Shown: positions 20,759 to 31,083 of the stretch, piece by piece
How positions within the stretch are numbered: position 1 is the first letter of the stretch
Layout of the letters: each line of letters begins with the position of its first letter
Translations under genes and position numbers: made by a program
Notes under the pieces: generated by a model
The model's input: only the letters and a program-made list of their open reading frames with translations
Told to the model about the DNA's origin: nothing
Database searches by the model: none
From: Sulfolobaceae archaeon
GTDB lineage: Archaea > Thermoproteota > Thermoprotei_A > Sulfolobales > Sulfolobaceae
Direction of reading: 5' to 3'
DNA: 64,000 bases
NCBI GenBank assembly: GCA_038893355.1
Contig: JAWARQ010000003.1
Location: forward strand, 96,001-160,000

Positions 20759-21076
20759 CTAATCAAATTCTTCTTGAATCTTCTTCTTTCCTTCTATTAA
20801 ATTTTGAGGAAAAGGTATTTTTTGTACATCTTCTATTTTTAAACCCTTCTTCCTTAAATTCTCAATCGCATTCAATATATCTTCTTCATGTGTAGCATAT
20901 TTAATCGAATCCCTAATTTCTGATAACTCTTTATCATTAGTATTAAACCTCTCTGCACTTACAGTAACCCATCTACCATTATTATTATAGATAAAAACAA
21001 CATCTTGATAATATCCTGGAATAACATGAGAAACTCCAGCAATATAATACTCCTTAAACTTAAACACCCTACTCAT
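20759..21076 (-). CDS. Hypothetical protein
   Basis: 105-aa ORF with ATG start and normal composition. Confidence 0.7.
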   Translation of the reverse strand: MSRVFKFKEYYIAGVSHVIPGYYQDVVFIYNNNGRWVTVSAERFNTNDKELSEIRDSIKYATHEEDILNAIENLRKKGLKIEDVQKIPFPQNLIEGKKKIQEEFD

Positions 21077-21114
21077 ACGTAAATATATTTATTCTTATTT
21101 GGCTATTAAAAGTT

Positions 21115-21837
21115 ATGAATAATCTAGACTTTATGATTAAAGGAATGGCAGAGTTACTAGATGATGGCGAAATAGTGTATATAGGGTTAAACTCTTTTCT
21201 ACCTCTTATTTCTTCAATAATGGCTAGAGACTATTATAAAAAGAAAATAAGAATAGTTGGAGTGGCAGAAGCGTACAATCCCGTATCTATTGTATTAAAA
21301 GCATCTACTGGAGACCCCTCCTATGCTGAAGGTACACCGATCTTTCCTACCTATGAAGCATTTGATTTAGCCCAAAAAGGTAAATTGGACGTAATGTTTT
21401 TTGGACCAGCACAAATTGATAAGGAGACGAATGTAAATATTTCAGTAATAGGAAGTTATGAAAAACCAAAGGTAAGATTACCTGGCGGTGCCGCTACTGC
21501 TTTCTTAATGCCATTAGTTAATAAACTAATATTATGGAATACCAAACACTCGCGTCGAACGTTAGTAAATAAAGTTGACTTTGTAACGGGTACTGCTAAG
21601 TACTCACAAAATAAAGTATTTTTAGTTACTAATAAATGTATTATGGAATATGATAGGATAAAGAAAGTGTGGAAGCTAGTTGCACTATATCCAAGTTCTA
21701 CAATAGAGGAAATTATTAATGAAACTGAATTCCAGTTTGCAGTTGAGAAGCCAAGAATTATTAAGATAAGTGAAAGTGAAAGTGAGTTTATTAAAAATAT
21801 CGATCCTTATTCCCTTAGAACAGTTCTAGAATTTTAA
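21115..21837 (+). CDS. Family I CoA-transferase beta subunit (GctB/CatJ-like)
   Basis: FFGPAQID...NVNISVIG...VRLPGG and LVNKVDFVT motifs. Confidence 0.85.
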   Translation: MNNLDFMIKGMAELLDDGEIVYIGLNSFLPLISSIMARDYYKKKIRIVGVAEAYNPVSIVLKASTGDPSYAEGTPIFPTYEAFDLAQKGKLDVMFFGPAQIDKETNVNISVIGSYEKPKVRLPGGAATAFLMPLVNKLILWNTKHSRRTLVNKVDFVTGTAKYSQNKVFLVTNKCIMEYDRIKKVWKLVALYPSSTIEEIINETEFQFAVEKPRIIKISESESEFIKNIDPYSLRTVLEF

Positions 21838-22576
21838 TAATTCCCTCGTAATCTGCATCATATAATCCAAACATACTAGTAGGTTCTGCACCCCTTGGTA
21901 TATGAACTACAGCAGTAACATATTCTGCACTAATTGTTGGCCTCTTTGAATTAAAGTAAGTTTCTGGTACAATCTCCTCTGCAGTAATTATAACCTTTTT
22001 CGATGCTCTTGCTTTAAACTCATCCTCATAGACTGGACCTAAAATCTCTGCATTACCGTACTTATCCGCCTTATGAACATGAATTATAGCAACATCTGGT
22101 TCTATTGCCTTTACTACAACAATTTCTTCTCCACTGAAAGGGTCTTTAATAACTTTCCAATCACCTAACTTTTCATGTAGTTTAACTAAATCAGAGCCTA
22201 TTAGTCCCCTTACTGGCATAAAAGGTAAACCAAAAGCACCTGCTCTTATTCCTGCTATAAAAGCACCACATGAATCTTCTATATACTCTACCTCACCACT
22301 TTCAACCTTTCTTCTGAAATAAGGAGGAGTTCCACTAAACCATTCTAAAGTAGGCATCGCGGCTCTTATCTTTCTTATCATATTTTTCTTTAATAAGAAC
22401 TCTAAACCAACGCCGGGTTCTCTATCTATAAAAGTTAAGTCCCTTATTTCTGTCTTACTTAACTCAAATAAAAACTTCATAGGATTTCTATGTATTGAGA
22501 TCCCACTAATAGTTATTGAAGATCCAGAACTTACTAACTTAATAGCTTCTTCTAATTGCATTAACTTTGAATCCAT
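21815..22576 (-). CDS. Family I CoA-transferase alpha subunit (GctA/CatI-like)
   Basis: SKLMQLEEA, RAGAFGLPFMP, DPFSG, PDVAIIHVHKADKYGNA and GAEPTS motifs; probable start at ATG 22576. Confidence 0.9.
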   Translation of the reverse strand: MDSKLMQLEEAIKLVSSGSSITISGISIHRNPMKFLFELSKTEIRDLTFIDREPGVGLEFLLKKNMIRKIRAAMPTLEWFSGTPPYFRRKVESGEVEYIEDSCGAFIAGIRAGAFGLPFMPVRGLIGSDLVKLHEKLGDWKVIKDPFSGEEIVVVKAIEPDVAIIHVHKADKYGNAEILGPVYEDEFKARASKKVIITAEEIVPETYFNSKRPTISAEYVTAVVHIPRGAEPTSMFGLYDADYEGIIKILELF

Positions 22577-22694
22577 ATGTTCATTAATGTGAGAAGAAAT
22601 ATAAATTATTATTAGGAAAGTGCTATAATTCACTTTTAATCCATAAAAACTATTCATTTTATAGTCTTATATATTAATAAAACGTATATATTTC

Positions 22695-24317
22695 ATGGAG
22701 CAAACAGAAAAGTATTCAGGGGCTAGACTAGTTCTTAGGTGGCTAAAGAAGATAGGAGCTGAAAAGCTCTTCATAGTTTCAGGGACAGATTATGCAGCAT
22801 TTATTGAGGAATATGCAAAGGGTGGAGAAGATTTACCAGAATTAATAGTAGTACCACATGAAATAACCGCAGTTTCAGCAGCTATCGGATATTCTTTAGG
22901 TGGAAAAGTAGGAGTAGTAGCTGTCCACACAACGCCTGGTACAGCAAATGCATTAGGGGGCATAATGAATTCGTATACCTCAAGAATTCCTTTAATCGTA
23001 ATTGCAGGCAGATCTCCTTATACAGAAGAGGGTCATAGAGGTAGTAGAAATCTCAGAATCCATTGGACTCAAGAGGCTAGGGATCAAGGAGAGATGGTAA
23101 GGCAATGGGTAAAGTGGGACTTTGAAATAAGGAGAGTAGAACAAATTCCTGAGGTTATGTACAGAGCTTATCAGATTATGATGAGCGAGCCGAGAGGACC
23201 AGTATATATAGTTATTCCGAGAGAAGTTAGTATAGAGGAAGGAAAAGATAAAGACTTTCCACTCTCATATTGCGAGCCTGGAGCAACTACTGAGGCAATA
23301 GTTAAGGCTCGTGATATGATTAATGAAGCAGAAAATCCAGTTATCATAACCTGGAGAGCTGGTAGGAGAAAGGAATGGTTCGAATCTTTAACAAGATTTG
23401 CAGATAAGTTTAATATACCAGTAATAAATTACGTAGGTGAAGTCGTTAATTATCCTTCAACCGGACCAATGGCGCTCGATAAAATAGATCTAAGTAAAGT
23501 TGACTTAGCGATAGTAGTAGAAGCAGAAGTACCATGGATACCTAAGAGAACTAAATTTAAGGGTAAGATAATTAAAGTAGATGTTGAACCGCTATATACA
23601 TATATTCCGTATTATGGATTTTATTGTGACTTATGCATACAATCTACAGTTTCGGATTTCTTTGATAAACTTGTAAAAATAGAGATAAAAATTAGAGATA
23701 AAAATTGGATTATAGAAGAAAAGAGGAAACAAGAGGAGTTAAAGGCGAAAGAAATCGAGAAGCTTAGGGATAAGAAGCCTATCCATCCTAAATATCTCTC
23801 ATTCGAAATAGGTAAATTAGGGCTTACAATATTCAACGAATATCCATTTAACCCAAAATATGCTAAACTCGATGATTATGGTTCTTACTATCATGACTTA
23901 TCTGCAGGATATCTTGGATGGGCATTAGGTGCTTCAGTGGGATATAAATTAGCAACGGGAAAGGATGTTGTAGTTACAATAGGGGATGGATCATTTATAT
24001 TTGGAGTTCCAGAAGCATTCTATTATATTGCAAGCCAATCGCCTGTCCTAGTAGTCATTTATGATAATGGGGGATGGCTTGCAGTACAGGAAGCAGTAGA
24101 AGAAGTATTTCCAGAAGGAATAGCAGTAATGAAGAGACTATTTCCAGGAGCAAATTTTAGAAGGTATAATATTGGTGAAACCGTGAAGGCATTTAATGGC
24201 TTTTATAAGTTAATAGAGGAACCTAGTGAAATTGAGTCCGCGCTTCATGAAGGATTAAAAGAAATGCGAAAGGGAAAAATTGCAGTTATACAAGTTATTG
24301 TGGATAGAATAAGATAG
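22695..24317 (+). CDS. Thiamine-diphosphate-dependent enzyme (acetolactate synthase/benzoylformate decarboxylase-like)
   Basis: PHE, GPVY and GDGSF...DNGGW TPP motifs. Confidence 0.9.
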   Translation: MEQTEKYSGARLVLRWLKKIGAEKLFIVSGTDYAAFIEEYAKGGEDLPELIVVPHEITAVSAAIGYSLGGKVGVVAVHTTPGTANALGGIMNSYTSRIPLIVIAGRSPYTEEGHRGSRNLRIHWTQEARDQGEMVRQWVKWDFEIRRVEQIPEVMYRAYQIMMSEPRGPVYIVIPREVSIEEGKDKDFPLSYCEPGATTEAIVKARDMINEAENPVIITWRAGRRKEWFESLTRFADKFNIPVINYVGEVVNYPSTGPMALDKIDLSKVDLAIVVEAEVPWIPKRTKFKGKIIKVDVEPLYTYIPYYGFYCDLCIQSTVSDFFDKLVKIEIKIRDKNWIIEEKRKQEELKAKEIEKLRDKKPIHPKYLSFEIGKLGLTIFNEYPFNPKYAKLDDYGSYYHDLSAGYLGWALGASVGYKLATGKDVVVTIGDGSFIFGVPEAFYYIASQSPVLVVIYDNGGWLAVQEAVEEVFPEGIAVMKRLFPGANFRRYNIGETVKAFNGFYKLIEEPSEIESALHEGLKEMRKGKIAVIQVIVDRIR

Positions 24318-25277
24318 TTATTTTTTATCAATCTTAATTTTATAATAAATAATTGAGGCAATCCACCCAATTCCAAATATAAGCACCGCAATGTATCCTA
24401 GTCCTTCAAAGTTAATGTTATTAACTATATTCCAAATACCACCTTCCAAATTAAATTCTTGAGATATAATCTGTAGAAATTCTATTGAACCAATAAATAA
24501 AGCAAGGATTACTGATATAATAGTTATTGTTAAATTATAATATAATTTCCTAAAAGGGTCTATAAAAGCCCATGCGTAGACTCTATTCATAAATATACCA
24601 TCTAAACTATCTACTAAAACCATACCAGCAGTAAATGATAACGGTAATAACAATACTTCAGATATTGAATAATTTTGAATAGAAATAAATGCAGATAGCC
24701 CCAATAGTGCTACCTCTGTTGCTGTATTAAAACCTAGACCAAATAATAATCCTATTATATACATATGATATTCTTTATTAATAATATTAAATATTCCTTT
24801 TAATAATTTAGTCATAAAACCAGTTTTTATATCCTTTATATTTATTTTTCTATTAATATACTTCTTATAAATATCTATAAAAATAAGAAAATTAGCTATT
24901 CCTATTATATAAAGGATTGTTGCTGAAATAAAAGTACCTAATAATTCTCCTACTTCTGATAACTGTGGAATTACATTACTTAAAGTCTCTGCAGATACTG
25001 AAACCATAAGAGTAAGTATAAAAACCATTGTTGAATGGCCTAATGCAAAAAAGGCACCTGTATATATAGAAGATTTTCCCTCATTTATTAACTTTCTAGT
25101 TGCATTATCTATTGCTGCAATATGGTCAGCATCTAGCGCATGCCTAAGACCTAGAATGTATGATAGTATACAAAACTCAGTTAATCTTGAAGAATAAGTT
25201 AAAAACATAATAAATAAGTTAAAAACAATTATTGAGAAAATTAAAAAATAAATTTTACGGCTGGATAGGCTATCCAT
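24318..25277 (-). CDS. HoxN/NixA family Ni/Co permease (NiCoT)
   Basis: GLRHALDADHIAAIDN, FALGHS and LFGLGFNTATE motifs. Confidence 0.95.
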   Translation of the reverse strand: MDSLSSRKIYFLIFSIIVFNLFIMFLTYSSRLTEFCILSYILGLRHALDADHIAAIDNATRKLINEGKSSIYTGAFFALGHSTMVFILTLMVSVSAETLSNVIPQLSEVGELLGTFISATILYIIGIANFLIFIDIYKKYINRKINIKDIKTGFMTKLLKGIFNIINKEYHMYIIGLLFGLGFNTATEVALLGLSAFISIQNYSISEVLLLPLSFTAGMVLVDSLDGIFMNRVYAWAFIDPFRKLYYNLTITIISVILALFIGSIEFLQIISQEFNLEGGIWNIVNNINFEGLGYIAVLIFGIGWIASIIYYKIKIDKK

Positions 25278-25409
25278 ATATGACTTTTATTGGTATAATA
25301 TATAAATCTATTTGTCTGATATATTCATTTAACTTTAATCAAAATTTTATTTATTTTAAATCTATTATAATATAAACTAATAAGTATATCAGATTAAATA
25401 TTTTAGGTC

Positions 25410-26600
25410 TTAAACCATTTCTATAGCTATAGCAGTTGCACCACCAATACCATGACATATACTTGCAATGCCTCTCTTACCGTTATTCTTTTTGAGAACA
25501 TTTAATAACGTTACAATTATTCTTGCACCACTTGCACCAATGGGGTGACCTAATGCTATTGCACCTCCATAGATATTAAGTTTATCATATTCAATTCCTA
25601 AGTACTTCTTTAATAGTACACTATTTACTGCGAATGCCTCATTATTTTCAAAATAATCAAATTCACTTAACTTCATATTTAATTTGTTTAAAAGCTTTTT
25701 TATTGCATATATTGGTGCTTCTGGAAACCTCCAACTTTCTATACCAACCCAAGTATAGCCGAGAATCCTTGCAACAGGCTTAAGTCCAAATTCTTTTATA
25801 GCTACATCATTTGCAAGGAGCAATGCAGCTGCACCATCAGATATTTGTGACGAATTACCTGCAGTATGTAATCCGTCTTTAGAAAATGCAGGAGGTAATT
25901 TAGATAACTTTTCAATAGTCGTATCTTCTCTAATTCCCTCATCATCAATAAAGACCTCATTATTGTTGAGAGGAACCTCAACTATTTCCTCCCTAAATAA
26001 GCCTTGTCTACGAGCCCTTGCAGCCCTTCTATGACTCTCAAAAGCTATCTCGTCTAATTCCCTTCTCGATATATCATGAGCTTTAGCAACCATATCAGCT
26101 TCCATGCCCATTAACTTAAAGTTAAAAGGATCTGTAAGACCGTCAATAAGCATCGTATCAATTAAATTTATACTTTTATTCATAAGCATCTTAACACCCC
26201 ATCTTACTTCTGAGCCTATTAAGAATCCTGCTTTACTCATACTTTCCATGCCTCCTGCAATAACCACGTTAGAATCACCAGACCTTATTGATTGTATTGC
26301 ATTTATTACACTCATCATACCAGAAGAGCATACCATATCTACAGAATACGCATCAATATCATAGGGTATTCCGGCCTTGATTGCAGCTTGTCTTGCTAAA
26401 TCCTGTCCATGTCCTGCCCTTAATACATTTCCCATGATTACAATGTCTACTTTATTAGGCTCTAGTTTAGCTCTATTTAGAACTTCTTTAATTACGATAC
26501 TGCCTAAATCTGCTGGATGAAAGTCTTTTAGTTTCCCACTGAACTTTCCTATAGGTGTTCTAGCATAAGAGATTATATATACTTCGTTTCCTTTCATCAA
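25410..26600 (-). CDS. Acetyl-CoA C-acetyltransferase (thiolase)
   Basis: VCSSGM, NEAFA, GGAIALGHPIGASG and SICHGIG motifs. Confidence 0.95.
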   Translation of the reverse strand: MMKGNEVYIISYARTPIGKFSGKLKDFHPADLGSIVIKEVLNRAKLEPNKVDIVIMGNVLRAGHGQDLARQAAIKAGIPYDIDAYSVDMVCSSGMMSVINAIQSIRSGDSNVVIAGGMESMSKAGFLIGSEVRWGVKMLMNKSINLIDTMLIDGLTDPFNFKLMGMEADMVAKAHDISRRELDEIAFESHRRAARARRQGLFREEIVEVPLNNNEVFIDDEGIREDTTIEKLSKLPPAFSKDGLHTAGNSSQISDGAAALLLANDVAIKEFGLKPVARILGYTWVGIESWRFPEAPIYAIKKLLNKLNMKLSEFDYFENNEAFAVNSVLLKKYLGIEYDKLNIYGGAIALGHPIGASGARIIVTLLNVLKKNNGKRGIASICHGIGGATAIAIEMV

Positions 26601-26623
26601 TTAATATTTAAATTAATAAATAT

Positions 26624-27889
26624 TTAAACTATTGGAATCCCTCTTAGGTCAAAGAAGGAAGCTTCAGTAATCTTCACATTATACCACTTTCCTAACTCTA
26701 CTGAATTTGGTAATACTACTGGAATATAATTCACTAACCTACCAATTCTTGAACCTTTTTTACCATCCTCAGTAACTAATACCCTACTAGTTGAATTTAC
26801 GTATTCTCTATGAACCTCAAGAGCAATTTTCTCGTATACTTCATTTGCTATCTTCATTCTTTGTTTCTTTACAATATCAGGGATCTGTGGCATTAAAGCA
26901 CTTCTAGTATTAGGTCTTATAGAATACATTGCAAGATGAACTCTTTCAAATTTAAGTGTCTCCATTAGCCTTATCGTATTCATAAAAGCTTCTTCATCTT
27001 CTCCTGGATGACCTATAATAATATCAGTTGTAATATTTATTAAAGGTATTTTTTCTCTAAACTCTTTAACCATACTTATGTACTCTTCAACAGTATATTT
27101 TCTATTCATTAATTTTAAAACCTTATTATCACCACTTTGAACTGGTAAATGTAAAAATTTATAAACTTTTTTATTCTTTAAAACTTCAATAATCCCATCT
27201 ATATCTCTCATCGCTTGCTCAGGGGTCATCATTCCTATCCTTACCATGAAATCACCTTCTACTTCGACAACTTCATTCACAAGATCTGAAAGCTTTATTT
27301 TAGCGCCAAAATCTAACCCATATGCAGCAGTATCTTGACCCGTAAGCTCAATTTCTACTGCACCATTTTGTACTGCGTACTTTACACTTTCTACTATATT
27401 CCTTAAAGGATAACTTCGTAGCTTATTCCTTGCTATTTTAGTAATACAAAAATTACAATCCCCTGCGCATCCATCAGCTATTGGTATTATTGCGATTTTG
27501 CCAGAAAACACTTTAGGAGTAAGGTAAGCTCTTTCGCTTTCTAAAAATCTAGTAGGTGTAGTAGACTCCACCGCATCAACTATCTTACTCACAGCTTGTG
27601 GAGAAACTAGTGAGGAATTCGGTGCTAAAGATAATACAGTTGCTGGTTCCGCACTAGCCATGCATCCTGCAACGATTAGTTTTTTTCCCAATTTATTATA
27701 TTTAATTATTAATTGTTTCATTCTTTCCTCAGTCTCAAGTCTTACTACGCATGTATTTAATACTATTACATCAGCTTCATTTGGGTTTTCGACTATTAGA
27801 TGTCCCCTATCTCTCAATAATGTCATCATTATATAACTATCTCCCTTATTTAATGCACAACCATAAGTTTCAATATATACTCTACTCAT
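26624..27889 (-). CDS. tRNA methylthiotransferase (MiaB-like, archaeal e-MtaB type)
   Basis: TYGC..N, NTC, AGC and CAGDCNFC radical-SAM motif; C-terminal TRAM domain. Confidence 0.92.
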   Translation of the reverse strand: MSRVYIETYGCALNKGDSYIMMTLLRDRGHLIVENPNEADVIVLNTCVVRLETEERMKQLIIKYNKLGKKLIVAGCMASAEPATVLSLAPNSSLVSPQAVSKIVDAVESTTPTRFLESERAYLTPKVFSGKIAIIPIADGCAGDCNFCITKIARNKLRSYPLRNIVESVKYAVQNGAVEIELTGQDTAAYGLDFGAKIKLSDLVNEVVEVEGDFMVRIGMMTPEQAMRDIDGIIEVLKNKKVYKFLHLPVQSGDNKVLKLMNRKYTVEEYISMVKEFREKIPLINITTDIIIGHPGEDEEAFMNTIRLMETLKFERVHLAMYSIRPNTRSALMPQIPDIVKKQRMKIANEVYEKIALEVHREYVNSTSRVLVTEDGKKGSRIGRLVNYIPVVLPNSVELGKWYNVKITEASFFDLRGIPIV

Positions 27890-27946
27890 TTTATCCGTTT
27901 AATTTTAATTGTAGAATCCAATAAAACTATTCTTAGGGTAAGTAGA

Positions 27947-28363
27947 GTGTCACAAGAGACTTATCTTAAATTGTTAGATAGGCTTTACACTAGATTACCA
28001 GAGAGAGTAAAGAAGATGGGAGATCAAACATTACCTGCATTAAATATACTGAATATAGGTGCTAATACGATTATTAGAAACTTTAATGAATTCTGCGATA
28101 GAATAAGAAGGGAGCCAAAACTCGTAGCAAAATATTTACTTAAAGAATTGGCAGTAGCAGGCTCAATAACAGATAATGGACAACTAGTTATGCAGGGAAA
28201 GTTTTCTTCATCAGTTATAAATATATTAATTGAAAGATTTATAAAAAATTATGTAAGATGTGCAACTTGTGGTAGTATAGATACTATATTGAAAAAAGAA
28301 AAAAATATATGGATAATTAAATGCTTGGCTTGTGGTGCTGAAACTTCAACAAAGCCATTGTGA
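27947..28363 (+). CDS. Translation initiation factor aIF-2 beta
   Basis: LLDRLY, YLLKEL and CATCGSIDT...CLACGA zinc ribbon. Confidence 0.93.
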   Translation: MSQETYLKLLDRLYTRLPERVKKMGDQTLPALNILNIGANTIIRNFNEFCDRIRREPKLVAKYLLKELAVAGSITDNGQLVMQGKFSSSVINILIERFIKNYVRCATCGSIDTILKKEKNIWIIKCLACGAETSTKPL

Positions 28364-28369
28364 TGTAAG

Positions 28370-28666
28370 ATGAAAGTCATGTTAAAGATTATTAAAAGCA
28401 ATGAACATATTTTTATAAATATATGTGAAAAACAATATTTGGGTAAAAAATATAAAAAAGGAGATATAGTAATAGATGTTAGCAAAGACTTTTATGAAGG
28501 AGAAGAAGTAAGTATTGATTATGCTTTTTCCCTGATAGATCAAGCTACTATTGTAAATATTGTAGGCAATGAGATTATAGATAGGGCTATAGAAAGAGGT
28601 TTAATTTATAAGGATAGTATAATAAAAATAGGAGATGTAAAATTTGCACAAATTTATAATCTGTGA
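28370..28666 (+). CDS. DUF424 family protein
   Basis: ICEKQYLGK, FYEG, ATIVNIVG and FAQ motifs. Confidence 0.85.
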   Translation: MKVMLKIIKSNEHIFINICEKQYLGKKYKKGDIVIDVSKDFYEGEEVSIDYAFSLIDQATIVNIVGNEIIDRAIERGLIYKDSIIKIGDVKFAQIYNL

Positions 28667-29385
28667 TTTATATGTCAAGAAGATTTTGTATAAAATGTGG
28701 TAAAGAAAATGTTGAACTACTTCCGAACTTTCTATGTGTTGATTGCTATATAGAAACCAAATGGGAAGAATTAGTTAGATTACCAAGAATTATAACACAA
28801 AAACGGTGCAAAGTTTGTGGTGCAGTATATAGAAGTGGAAAATGGGTAAACTACCCGCAAGGCACTGATTTATCTACTATAGTAGAAGATGAATTATATG
28901 GAATTATAGAACCAGATTCTCAAGTTAGAGAATATTCTTTAAAAGTAAAGGGAATTTCATTTAGTCCACAAGGTCAATATATAGCAGAGGTAGTAATAGA
29001 GGGAAAAGTATTAGATAGAAATCTTCAATTTGTGAAAAATGTTATTTTAGATTTAAAATCTTCAATTTGTGAAAAATGTTTAAAGAGAAAAACAAAATAT
29101 TATGAGGCAATAATACAGCTAAGGGGAAAAGGTAGAGTTGGAATTGATAGTGAAATAAAAAAAGCATTCGAAAGCATATTAGAACCGGAGGAAGTTAGTA
29201 ATATTAGTGATATAGTAGAAAGTAAAGAAGGAATAGATTATTATTTCATTAATAAGTCAGTCGCAAGAAGAATAGTAAATAGACTGGCTAGTAAGTACAA
29301 AATAGAAGTAAAAGAAAGTTTTTATAATATCAAAGTAAAAGATGGAAAAAGGAGTGCTAAATTAATAATTTCGGTTAGAATGTGA
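28663..29385 (+). CDS. NMD3-family ribosome-binding protein
   Basis: Four CxxC pairs, YYEAIIQLR and GIDYY motifs. Confidence 0.9.
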   Translation: MIYMSRRFCIKCGKENVELLPNFLCVDCYIETKWEELVRLPRIITQKRCKVCGAVYRSGKWVNYPQGTDLSTIVEDELYGIIEPDSQVREYSLKVKGISFSPQGQYIAEVVIEGKVLDRNLQFVKNVILDLKSSICEKCLKRKTKYYEAIIQLRGKGRVGIDSEIKKAFESILEPEEVSNISDIVESKEGIDYYFINKSVARRIVNRLASKYKIEVKESFYNIKVKDGKRSAKLIISVRM

Positions 29386-30029
29386 TGTTTCTAGGAATTG
29401 ATGAAGCAGGACGAGGATCATTAATAGGTCCTATGATAGTTGCAGGGGTACTTATTGATTCTAAATCATTAAGAGTCTTGAAAAACGTAGGAGTAAAAGA
29501 TAGTAAGAAGTTAACTAGAGAAAAGAGGGAAAGATTGGCTAAAATTATTTCAGAAAATAGTATAGCTTATGAGATAGTTGCAGTGCAGCCTTGGGAAATC
29601 GATATTAAGAATTTAAACATGTTAACGTATGAGGCCGTGAATAAAATAGTTATGTCAATGATAGCACTTAAGCCAAGGATTGTAAGAATAGACAAGGTAG
29701 GAGAAGAAAAAGAGGTAGAGGATTTATTAAAGAAATTAAATATTGAATATCAAATATTACCCAAGGCAGATGAATTATTTATCGAGGTTTCTGCTGCAAG
29801 TATAATCGCAAAGGTTTTTAGAGATTGGATAATTGATGAGCTGAAGAAAGAATATGGTGACTTTGGCAGTGGTTATCCGTCAGATGAAAAAACTATTAAA
29901 TGGATACTAAGTATATACCAGAAAAATAAAGATAAACCGCCACGTATTATAAGAAGAAGCTGGAAAATACTCAAGAGAATCTGTCCAGAATATTATATTA
30001 AAAAAGGTGAAATAAGAGATGGTAACTAA
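29382..30029 (+). CDS. rnhB: Ribonuclease HII
   Basis: GIDEAGRG, DSKKL, AASIIAKV.RD and GSGYPSD motifs. Confidence 0.96.
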   Translation: MMFLGIDEAGRGSLIGPMIVAGVLIDSKSLRVLKNVGVKDSKKLTREKRERLAKIISENSIAYEIVAVQPWEIDIKNLNMLTYEAVNKIVMSMIALKPRIVRIDKVGEEKEVEDLLKKLNIEYQILPKADELFIEVSAASIIAKVFRDWIIDELKKEYGDFGSGYPSDEKTIKWILSIYQKNKDKPPRIIRRSWKILKRICPEYYIKKGEIRDGN

Positions 30030-31083
30030 CTTACCGGCTGAAGCTAGAGCTAAATGGCTAAAAGTTATGGATGCTAAAACGCCAGAAGAGAAACTTAAGG
30101 CTCTACAAGAGTTCTTAAGTGCTGTACCGAAGCATAAGGGTACGGAAAACCTAGTCTACTGGGCTAAAAGAAGAATGGCAGAATTAAGAGAGGAGTTAGA
30201 GACTAGTAAAAGAAAATCTGGTTCCTCAATATCATATTATATAGAAAAAGAAGGTGCAGGCCAAGTTTTGTTACTAGGAGATGTGGAAATGAAAAATGAA
30301 TTAATGAGAAAGCTAACCAATGTAAAAAGTGATCCTAAAGAGTATCCAGTCCCTGGCATGATGGAATATGAAGATGTAAAGATCCAATTGGTAAACCCTC
30401 CAATACTTATTGGCGGGAAATTAAATAGTAGAATACTTGGTTTAGCTAGAAATGCAGACGTAATACTATTTGTCGTAAAGGATCGTAATGAATATGAGGA
30501 TATAAGAAAATACTTAGAAGATAATGGAATTTTAATAGGGAAGCCAAAAGGGAAAGTTATAATAGAGAGAAGCAGATATGGTATTGCTGGAATTAGAATA
30601 GTTAATATTGGAAAATTAATTAACACTAGTGAAAATGAAATTAGGAAATACATCGAAAGTTTTGGAATAAAGAGTTGTATGATAAAAATTATAGGTGAAG
30701 TTACTTTAGATGATGTAGAGAAGGCCCTATTTGAATCTGTGACGTATAAACAAGGATTAATTGTAACTAGGAATTTATTTGAAGCAGAAAAAATACAAGT
30801 ATTAAGATTTGATGATTTAGAAAATATAAAGAAAACTATATTTGATTTATTAGAGATAATAAGAGTTTATACAAAAGAGCCTTTAGAAGAACCGTCAAAG
30901 GATCCATTAATATTAAAGAAGGGTTCTACGGTATTAGATGTTGCTAGGAAATTACATAGTGAATTGGCAGAAAAATTAAAGTATGCGAGGGTATGGGGAA
31001 AATCTGTAAAGTTTCAAGGCCAAAGAGTTGGACCAGATCATGTACTAGAAGATGGTGACATTGTAGAATTACATGTTAAATAA
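30019..31083 (+). CDS. DRG/OBG-like TGS-domain protein with degenerate G motifs
   Basis: PKHKGTE N-terminus and C-terminal TGS (RVWGKS...GQRVG..HVLEDGD); the G1 and G3 positions are substituted. Confidence 0.85.
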   Translation: MVTNLPAEARAKWLKVMDAKTPEEKLKALQEFLSAVPKHKGTENLVYWAKRRMAELREELETSKRKSGSSISYYIEKEGAGQVLLLGDVEMKNELMRKLTNVKSDPKEYPVPGMMEYEDVKIQLVNPPILIGGKLNSRILGLARNADVILFVVKDRNEYEDIRKYLEDNGILIGKPKGKVIIERSRYGIAGIRIVNIGKLINTSENEIRKYIESFGIKSCMIKIIGEVTLDDVEKALFESVTYKQGLIVTRNLFEAEKIQVLRFDDLENIKKTIFDLLEIIRVYTKEPLEEPSKDPLILKKGSTVLDVARKLHSELAEKLKYARVWGKSVKFQGQRVGPDHVLEDGDIVELHVK

